Part shown: positions 57,831 to 64,000 of the stretch, piece by piece
Layout of the letters: each line of letters opens with the position of its first letter
How positions within the stretch are numbered: the first letter of the stretch is position 1
NCBI GenBank assembly: GCA_038888155.1
Contig: JAWAJB010000001.1
Span: 384,001 to 448,000 of the forward strand
From: Desulfurococcaceae archaeon
GTDB taxonomy: Archaea > Thermoproteota > Thermoprotei_A > Sulfolobales > Desulfurococcaceae
DNA: 64,000 bases
Direction: 5' to 3'
The notes under the pieces: model-generated
Database searches by the model: none
What the model was told of the DNA's origin: nothing
Seen by the model: the letters and a program-made list of their open reading frames with translations, nothing else
Position numbers and translations under genes: made by a program

Positions 57831-58946
57831 CTACTCGTACTCTATTGTTGCTGGCGGCTTCGGAGTTACATCGAACGCTACAGTTCTAATCTCTGCGCTC
57901 TCTGCGACTTTGCGCGCCGCTAGCTCAAGCTCATTAAAGCTGATCTTCGGGACCTCCGCTTCAATGAAGTTCTCCGTCTTCACGACTCTCAGGGCGACCA
58001 CATAAGAGCCGCTGCTTTTCTCTGTAAGTTTTACCAAGATGTGGGGGTACTTAGTAGCTTCGAAGTGCTTGTAGAGCTCGTACGCGTCTAAATTTTCGGG
58101 CCACTCCCTAACTACTACGGGGTGCCCATAGCTACGCCTGCCACCTACAACGCCTGTGGCCTTAGCGCTGAACACATCGTACGCTACGCCGTTGTTGGTT
58201 GAGGACTTTGCGACGTCGTGCTCCCACACAGCCGGAAAGTACTGGCTGAAGCCTCTGCCTGCAAACAAGCTCTCCACGACGTCTGTTAATCTCCTAACAA
58301 GTTCGAGCTTCTCCCTGTAGAGTCTCCCCACTGCCCTAACTAGGAGGCCTGGGCCGGGGAAGGGCTGCCTATCGACAATAGAGCTCGGCAGGCCGAGGTG
58401 TCTTGCGACGGCTCTGACCTCGTGTTTGTAGAGGTTTATCAGCGGTTCAATGACAGCTAGCTTGTACTTCCTCAGGAGCTCTTGGTTTAAGACGTTGTGT
58501 TGCGTCTTCACGCCTCCCACTGTTTCTACTACGTCAGCCCTTATTGTCCCCTGAACCACGGAGCTACACCCCTTCTCTTCGGCGATCTCCTTAACTGCAG
58601 CGTAAAAGCAGTCCCTAAAGGCAACTCGCTTTTCTTCAGCGTCTGAGCGCCCCTCGATCTTAGAGATGAAGCTCTCTGAGTAATCGCGCACTTCAACGTC
58701 GATCAACCCCTTGAGAGCTTCCCGGACGCGCTTAGCTTCATTGGCCCTCATAAAGCCAGTGTCTATGAAGATGGGGTGAACAGCTTTGCCGAGAGCTCTC
58801 TTAGCGAGCACCGCTGCCGTGGTGCTGTCAACCCCCCCGCTTATGCACGCAATAGCGCAATCAACTCTACTTGAAAGAGCCTTTAGGCTTTCGACGATTT
58901 CTGCTATAGTACGCTCAATGATAGAAGAATGCACCCCCTTCACCAA
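57831..58946 (-). CDS. GMP synthase ATP-pyrophosphatase subunit (GuaA-B-like)
   Basis: SGGVDS, FIDTGFMR, EEKR, QGTI..DVVE, KTQHNV, YKHEVR, RQPFPGPGL and KPPATIEYE motifs. Confidence 0.88.
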   Translation of the reverse strand: MVKGVHSSIIERTIAEIVESLKALSSRVDCAIACISGGVDSTTAAVLAKRALGKAVHPIFIDTGFMRANEAKRVREALKGLIDVEVRDYSESFISKIEGRSDAEEKRVAFRDCFYAAVKEIAEEKGCSSVVQGTIRADVVETVGGVKTQHNVLNQELLRKYKLAVIEPLINLYKHEVRAVARHLGLPSSIVDRQPFPGPGLLVRAVGRLYREKLELVRRLTDVVESLFAGRGFSQYFPAVWEHDVAKSSTNNGVAYDVFSAKATGVVGGRRSYGHPVVVREWPENLDAYELYKHFEATKYPHILVKLTEKSSGSYVVALRVVKTENFIEAEVPKISFNELELAARKVAESAEIRTVAFDVTPKPPATIEYE

Positions 58947-59021
58947 GTTGAAGTTAGTGTAGTTTGATTCTATTAAACTCGCTTCCTGCCTTAATAAACA
59001 CTAAAGGTTTCCCCAAGTTAG

Positions 59022-59140
59022 ATGTCCTTGAGCAGTTATTTGGAGTTCCCTACGCCTGCGGGAGGAACTAACCCCGCTCTCACTGTGCATTATTGCCATC
59101 AACGGCAGATGCACGGATCTTAAGGGGACAGGCTCAAGTC
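59022..59140 (+). ncRNA. Unassigned structured RNA candidate (three-way junction)
   Basis: Closing stem CTTGAGC/GCTCAAG encloses AGTTCC/GGAACT and CCCC-CTGTGCAT-TGCC/GGCA-ATGCACGG-GGGG hairpins; TATA-like TTAATAAA at 58991. Confidence 0.4.
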
Positions 59141-59261
59141 AATTTTATCTCAGCGAGGTAGAGTTCAGGAGCTCGCAGCTGTTTAGGCGCGGTAATAAAA
59201 ATATCTCTGCTAGGTAGAGCCCTAACGCAATATAATAGGCAGTTTAGTACAACATTATTCT

Positions 59262-59318
59262 GCAGATGATGTCTGGTGACGGCACAGATAGGTGAAGAAA
59301 ACATCTCTTCTGAAAGTT
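59262..59318 (+). ncRNA. C/D box methylation guide sRNA
   Basis: ATGATGT (C), 12-nt guide, CAGA (D'), GTGAAGA (C'), 11-nt guide, CTGA (D); TATA-like AATATAAT about 25 nt upstream. Confidence 0.8.
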
Positions 59319-59336
59319 GCGCAGGCGCTTTAGCCG

Positions 59337-59615
59337 CTACTCTTCAGATTCCTCTGACTCCCGCTCAAACTCCTCGAGGAAGATCTCGTAGTACTCGCTC
59401 AGCATTTCGCGCTCCTCGGGGGTAAGCTTAGTCTCCTTAGCCTCGCTTGCTACAGCTGTTGCAACCCTCTTAGCTGATTCTACTTGGTACTTAACAGTGT
59501 ACTTTTCGCTTTTCTTCTTTGTCTCAAAGCCGCACTTGTTGCACTTCAAGTACACTTCGCTGTCTTTCTTCGTTGGAACCATTATTGACCCACACCTTGG
59601 ACAAAACTTGACCAT
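59337..59615 (-). CDS. TFS/RpoM paralogue lacking the C-terminal zinc ribbon (TFS2-like)
   Basis: KFCPRCGSIMVP...CNKCG N-terminal Zn ribbon; acidic tail and no QxRSADE motif. Confidence 0.8.
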   Translation of the reverse strand: MVKFCPRCGSIMVPTKKDSEVYLKCNKCGFETKKKSEKYTVKYQVESAKRVATAVASEAKETKLTPEEREMLSEYYEIFLEEFERESEESEE

Positions 59616-59714
59616 AAGCTCACCAGCGACTTCTTATACAGGTTTCTCCAAATAATATAGTTACACTTACTAAAGTGGCTTTTATTGGTTTCTCCTAAGA
59701 GAAGTTAAGAGAAA

Positions 59715-59843
59715 GCGCCCGATCCCAGCTCAGGGCGGCTGCAAGGCCTCGCGGACCTCACGGCCACCCTGACGTGGTTGGCTTAACTTCCGGGTTCGAA
59801 ATGAGACCGGGTGTTGCCCAACCACTGTGGCCGGGTCGGGCGC
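59715..59843 (-). rRNA. rrf: 5S ribosomal RNA (unlinked)
   Basis: CCCGGCCACAG...CACCCGGTCTCATTTCGAACCCGGAAGTTAAGCC...CCGCGAGG...AGCTGGGA core with terminal stem GCGCCCGA/TCGGGCGC. Confidence 0.95.
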
Positions 59844-59869
59844 CAGTGTCTCTTTACCTACACTGGCTT

Positions 59870-60145
59870 TTAAATTTTACTCCTCTCGATGGAGTATATT
59901 CCCCTGAGCTTTAAATCCCCGCCGCAAGAGGGGCACTTTCCCTTTATCAAGCCAATGAAGTCTCCGGGCTCAAAGTCCCTTTCAACTCTATAGTTGCACG
60001 ACATACAAACCAGTAGCTCCCTTACAACGTACGCTGTTTTTCGAGGCCTCTTCCTGTACGACTCGTAGATGAAGTACGCAGCTATGATCACAAAAACTAC
60101 GAGAAACAGCAAGCTTGAGTAGTCCATCGTGTTCAACACGTTCAC
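59870..60145 (-). CDS. Membrane-anchored zinc-ribbon protein
   Basis: N-terminal TM helix; CMSC...F.PGDFI...CPSCG. Confidence 0.8.
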   Translation of the reverse strand: MNVLNTMDYSSLLFLVVFVIIAAYFIYESYRKRPRKTAYVVRELLVCMSCNYRVERDFEPGDFIGLIKGKCPSCGGDLKLRGIYSIERSKI

Positions 60146-61233
60146 CCCGGGATACCCATAGTGTTGCCTATTCCAGCAATTACTAGGGTCGCGTTAGGCG
60201 CTGTGCTCTCCTCTATAATTTTCTCTAGATAGAGGAGGGCCTTTTCGCAGGCCTCAAAAATTTCTTTTCTCATAGATGTAATAGCCTCCTTCAACTCCAT
60301 TTTAATTACAAGCGCTCTTAAAGGTATGCTGTACTTTGACGTAGCTCTCTCTATAGCTATCTTTTCAGGGCCAGGGTCCCCTATAGCAGCTCCGGCGCCC
60401 TCAGCAATAAACCCAGACTCCTCTCCCTCTAGCTTTAACGCAGCGTCTATGGTGATTACTAAGTCTACGCCGGTCTTCAGCTCCTCTATAATCTGATTTA
60501 TTACGGCCCCGGGATGGCCTACGTTGCTACCCGGCCCCTCGGCTTTAATAATTAATAAGCGTCGACCCCTGTATGTAGCCTCGATAATGCTAGTGTCGTC
60601 TAAGACTCTCCTGGACTTCACGTTGCTTTTCTCTACTAGGTTGTAGACTACAAGGGGGCCAGCTCCATCGCCTATTGGCCTCCCCTGCATGAACGACTCC
60701 AACGCGTCGTGGTACGTCTGAACTATTCTCATTACCTGCGGCATTAAGTACTGCAACTGCATTATTATAAGGAAGTTGTTTTCTTTCTCTCCCTGCAAGA
60801 GGTAGTGGCGAATTACCTTGTACAAGACGTTTAAAGCCGCTACTACAGATATAGAAGACTCCACGAGGCTTCTCTCGTGCTTACCAAGCTTGGGGACAGC
60901 GTCGCCTATTATCTTCCTAACAGCGCTCTCGGATGTCCTTAATACGTGGTCCATCCTCTTAATTATATCTGTTGGCTCAACGCTGACTGGCTCAATAGTG
61001 AAGAACTCTAGAACCCTCCCAACGAGGGCCTCTGGCACCTCTACGCCGATGTTTTTAAGCATGTTGCGTATTTTGGCTTTATCCTCCTCTAAAACAGCGC
61101 GTATGAAGTTGAGCTTTGTTTTAATCTCCATTATCCACAGCTTGAGCTGTATTCGCTGATTGAGGCCTGTAATCATGAGTATAAACAAAATAATCCAAAC
61201 AATCTGCACTACTAGGGAGAAATCTCCATCCAC
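60142..61233 (-). CDS. DUF1512 family protein
   Basis: IEPVSVEPTDII, PIGDGAGPLV, IDAALKLEGE, GDPGPEK and GIGNTMG motifs. Confidence 0.88.
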   Translation of the reverse strand: MDGDFSLVVQIVWIILFILMITGLNQRIQLKLWIMEIKTKLNFIRAVLEEDKAKIRNMLKNIGVEVPEALVGRVLEFFTIEPVSVEPTDIIKRMDHVLRTSESAVRKIIGDAVPKLGKHERSLVESSISVVAALNVLYKVIRHYLLQGEKENNFLIIMQLQYLMPQVMRIVQTYHDALESFMQGRPIGDGAGPLVVYNLVEKSNVKSRRVLDDTSIIEATYRGRRLLIIKAEGPGSNVGHPGAVINQIIEELKTGVDLVITIDAALKLEGEESGFIAEGAGAAIGDPGPEKIAIERATSKYSIPLRALVIKMELKEAITSMRKEIFEACEKALLYLEKIIEESTAPNATLVIAGIGNTMGIPG

Positions 61234-61290
61234 AGCAACGTCACACCAAGCCCATTTACAAAGATAAGGATTTAAAAACGTAAAGGGGAG

Positions 61291-61394
61291 TGGACCGGCC
61301 GGGATTTGAACCCGGGTCCTCCGCCTCTCCTCGACTCCGGTCTCGCCCTAGAACCATGCAAGGGCGGCGCTCTTCCAGGCTGAGCTACCGGCCC
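61291..61394 (-). tRNA. tRNA-Ala(TGC) with a 30-nt intron (61327-61356)
   Basis: Exons nearly identical to the tRNA-Ala(CGC) at 26518; CCGCC-CTTGCA/intron/A-GGCGG. Confidence 0.93.
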
Positions 61395-61441
61395 ATCCTT
61401 AAATCTACTAGTCTTATAAAAGGGGTTTAAAACTCCTTCCC

Positions 61442-62539
61442 CTACCTTGTGACTTTGGCTTTGGATAGCTCTTCAAGCAAGCTAACAGCTTCACTTGAGG
61501 AGAACAGCCTCTTCTGCACCTCGCCTAGAAACTTAACGAGGGACTCAGCCGTTGCGTTTTTTAAGTCTAGGGGGTGTATTTTCCCTTGAGCGTACAGCTC
61601 CTCAAGCTCGCGTGCGCTAGAAATGTCTATGGGCCCGCCGTGAGCGCTGGGCCTCTCTACGTGCAGCTTAAACCCCGGTTGCTGAAAGAGAATGTGCCTG
61701 TTTATCTCTATTATTGGATTGAACTCAACTATCCGTGGGGGGCAGTAGGCTTCAAGTACCTTGGACTTTATTTCACTGGGTTGATCGTGTATAAAAATAG
61801 CTGTCTCTGGCTTGCTCTTGCTCATCTTAGCTTCAGCGACAAGCTCGTCGACTTCTACGTCCTGGCCTGCGGGGGGCTTCTTTTTAGCCGGCCCGTGGAG
61901 GCTCGATATGATTGGTGTATGTATAGCTACAGGCTTAGCGAAACCAAGCCTTTCGGCCAGGTCCCTCGCCAACATATGGGCCTTCCTTTGATCCAACCCT
62001 CCTAGGGCTATGTCCAGCTTTAAGTAGAATATATCTGTTACCTGCATTAGCGGGTATACCAACTTGGAGAAGTCTGTCTCAGCTTCATCGCTCGTCCTGC
62101 CCATAATTGTGAGGGCCCTTCTAACTCGTGCTAGGCTAGTCTTTTTAGCTATTTTAACTAGGGTTCCCCAGTAGTCCTTATCGCTCACTAGCTCTTCGGC
62201 ATCAACGAAGTGCACTCTGCTGGGCTCTACGCCTATGGCCTGGAGCACTTCCCTCGTGTACCTAGCAGCTTTCCTTATTAAATCGATGTCCCCGCCTAGC
62301 TTGTCGTTTATAAGCGCGTGCCACGTGGCCTCTAGTATGTAGAAATCCACTCCTATGTCGACTAGGTCCCTTACTTTAAACATCCACACAAGCCACCCAA
62401 GGTGAACAAGCCCGCTGGGCTCGAAGCCTATGTACCCCCTTGGGCGCTCGACCTCTGAAATGATCTTTGCGAGGTCCTCTCGCGTAATTACTTCTGCTGC
62501 GTTCCTAATAGCTATATTTAATTTAGTTTCAACGTCCAT
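61442..62539 (-). CDS. tyrS: Tyrosine--tRNA ligase
   Basis: YIGFEPSG, HLGW, YPLMQVTD, GGLDQRKAHMLAR and KMSKS motifs. Confidence 0.96.
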   Translation of the reverse strand: MDVETKLNIAIRNAAEVITREDLAKIISEVERPRGYIGFEPSGLVHLGWLVWMFKVRDLVDIGVDFYILEATWHALINDKLGGDIDLIRKAARYTREVLQAIGVEPSRVHFVDAEELVSDKDYWGTLVKIAKKTSLARVRRALTIMGRTSDEAETDFSKLVYPLMQVTDIFYLKLDIALGGLDQRKAHMLARDLAERLGFAKPVAIHTPIISSLHGPAKKKPPAGQDVEVDELVAEAKMSKSKPETAIFIHDQPSEIKSKVLEAYCPPRIVEFNPIIEINRHILFQQPGFKLHVERPSAHGGPIDISSARELEELYAQGKIHPLDLKNATAESLVKFLGEVQKRLFSSSEAVSLLEELSKAKVTR

Positions 62540-62590
62540 ACAACTTTAGACCTCAAGGCATTTAACTTTAATAATCTCTATATTATTTTC

Positions 62591-63277
62591 TTAGGGATAC
62601 TTAAATTCTTCTCCCGGCTTGAGCAAAACGACGTTTGCGCTAGTCTCCCTCTCTACGAGCTGTTTGAACTTATTTGGATCTGTTTGAATGATTGGAAACG
62701 TGTTGTAGTGCATGGGTATTACAACCTTTGGCTTAACTAGCTTGACGGCTTTAACTGCCTCTTTAATCCCCATTGTGTAGTGGCCGCCGATCGGCAGAAG
62801 CGCGAGGTCTGGCTCGTATAGCTCGTGTATGAGCGCCATCTCTGAGAACAGCCCTGTATCCCCGGCGTGGTAAACCCTCAAATCGGCGCCGCTTATTACT
62901 ACTCCAACTGGGGAGCCTCGCGTTGAGCTGTGAGTTGCTGGCGTCAAAACTATTTCTAGGTCTGGGATTTTGAGCGGCCCCCCAATGTTGCCTCCAACGC
63001 TCTTAACGCCCTGTCCCTCAAGAAAGGCAGCCAGCTCGTACACTCCAATTACGGGCGCTCCAGTCAGCTTGGCCAAATCCGCTGCGTTGCCCAAGTGATC
63101 TCTATGATCATGAGTTACAACTATATAATCTATTTTTCTGCCCTCAAAGTCCTTTACCCTCAGCGGGCTTAGGGGGCTCTCAGCCCAGGGATCCACGAGA
63201 ACGGTCTTCTGTGATTTATCGGCTCCAACTAGGGAAATCTCGAAGAAGCTATGCCCGTAGTACTTCACAACGCCCAC
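62591..63277 (-). CDS. Metal-dependent hydrolase (UPF0173, MBL fold)
   Basis: GHS, VDPW, THDHRDHLG, YHAGDTG, LPIGGHYTM and PMHYNTF motifs. Confidence 0.9.
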   Translation of the reverse strand: MGVVKYYGHSFFEISLVGADKSQKTVLVDPWAESPLSPLRVKDFEGRKIDYIVVTHDHRDHLGNAADLAKLTGAPVIGVYELAAFLEGQGVKSVGGNIGGPLKIPDLEIVLTPATHSSTRGSPVGVVISGADLRVYHAGDTGLFSEMALIHELYEPDLALLPIGGHYTMGIKEAVKAVKLVKPKVVIPMHYNTFPIIQTDPNKFKQLVERETSANVVLLKPGEEFKYP

Positions 63278-63355
63278 GATCTCACCCCAAAGTCACTATT
63301 AAATAAGCCCCAACGTTGATTTAAATATTAAATCTGGGGAAGCCGAGGTTTGGCT

Positions 63356-64000
63356 ATGTTAGACGAGGCCTCGCTTAAGAGCCTAATTACCGCCGGGAAG
63401 ATAGCTAGAGAGGCTCGCGAATACTCCCAGAGGCTGGTTAAGCCCGGGGTGAAGTTGCTTGATCTAGCTGTTAACATTGAGAACTACATTAAAGAGCGGG
63501 GAGGGGGGCTCGCATTCCCGGTGAACATCGGAGTTAATAGCGTAGCAGCTCACTACACGCCGGTGTTCAACGATGATCTAACGATACCCGACGGCTCCGT
63601 TGTTAAAATAGATATTGGGGTTCACGTAGATGGGTACATCGCAGATACCGCAATTACGGTATCCCTCAGCCCGGCTCACAACAGGCTGGTAGAGGCGACC
63701 AGTTCCGCGCTAGAGCGGGCCCTTAGGGCAATATCCCCAGGCATAAGGGCACTTGAAATTGGTCGAGTAATAGAGGAATCGATAAAATTGGCGGGGTTTA
63801 AGCCAATACAAAACCTCGGGGGCCACGGCATTGAGAGGTACAGCATTCACAGTGGGGTTGTAATCCCGAACTACCGCGACTTTTTGTGTAGACATCGATT
63901 GGTGCCTGGAGTCTACGCTATAGAGCCGTTTGCCACCAATGGAGTTGGCTTGGTTAAAGAGGCGGGGGCTGTGACCATATACGCCCTCAAATCGCTCGAC
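63356..64000 (+). CDS. map: Type II methionine aminopeptidase (3' part outside the window; absent from the ORF track)
   Basis: Frame from ATG 63356 reads AGKIA...AFPVNIGVNSVAAHYTP...VKIDIGVHVDGYIADTA...NLGGHGI...YAIEPFAT. Confidence 0.95.
   Translation, partial: MLDEASLKSLITAGKIAREAREYSQRLVKPGVKLLDLAVNIENYIKERGGGLAFPVNIGVNSVAAHYTPVFNDDLTIPDGSVVKIDIGVHVDGYIADTAITVSLSPAHNRLVEATSSALERALRAISPGIRALEIGRVIEESIKLAGFKPIQNLGGHGIERYSIHSGVVIPNYRDFLCRHRLVPGVYAIEPFATNGVGLVKEAGAVTIYALKSLD

Noticed and set aside
59027-59138. Canonical TPP riboswitch or RNase P RNA
   Set aside because: P2 polarity is reversed and P5/L5 is absent for TPP; too short and lacking the P4 consensus for RNase P
61574-62005. 143-aa plus-strand ORF
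   Set aside because: Antisense to tyrS
63710-63895. 61-aa minus-strand ORF
   Set aside because: Antisense to map
1-64000. CRISPR array, transposase, integrase, intein or att-like tRNA duplication
   Set aside because: No regularly spaced repeats or such motifs were seen; the two Ala tRNAs are complete isoacceptors, not att fragments

Overview
Core-chromosome segment of a crenarchaeon, most likely Desulfurococcales. Evidence: CC1 chromatin protein, ThermoDBP-related DUF2258, Tfx, a stand-alone 5S rRNA, tRNAs with bulge-helix-bulge (BHB) introns and no encoded CCA, and frequent TTG/GTG starts. It is densely packed with housekeeping genes: ArgRS, TrpRS, TyrRS, Map, MoeA, ThiL, TtuA, SufS, SufBC, two divergent 2-oxoacid:ferredoxin oxidoreductase operons, SAM decarboxylase, MtnA, a GMP synthase ATPPase subunit, an S-layer-type protein, ABC systems and a CstA-ArsA operon. 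RNA genes: four tRNAs (Ala-CGC, Glu-TTC, Met-CAT with intron, Ala-TGC with intron) and 5S rRNA. No CRISPR array, transposase or integrase was seen. Items the ORF track misses: (1) an asparagine-synthetase-like gene whose N-terminal OB-like domain has no in-frame start and is overlapped by a leader ORF ending Phe-Asn-stop (UUU AAC UGA), a candidate Asn-sensing +1 frameshift, although a one-base indel is equally possible; (2) a well-formed H/ACA guide RNA upstream of a radical SAM gene, predicted to target 23S helix 93; (3) one strong and one weaker C/D box sRNA; (4) an unassigned ~115-nt structured RNA; (5) the 55-aa CC1 gene; (6) an ABC ATPase that apparently starts at a non-canonical codon (ATA). 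Family calls are from motif recognition by eye, and rRNA target sequences are from memory; no database search was run.
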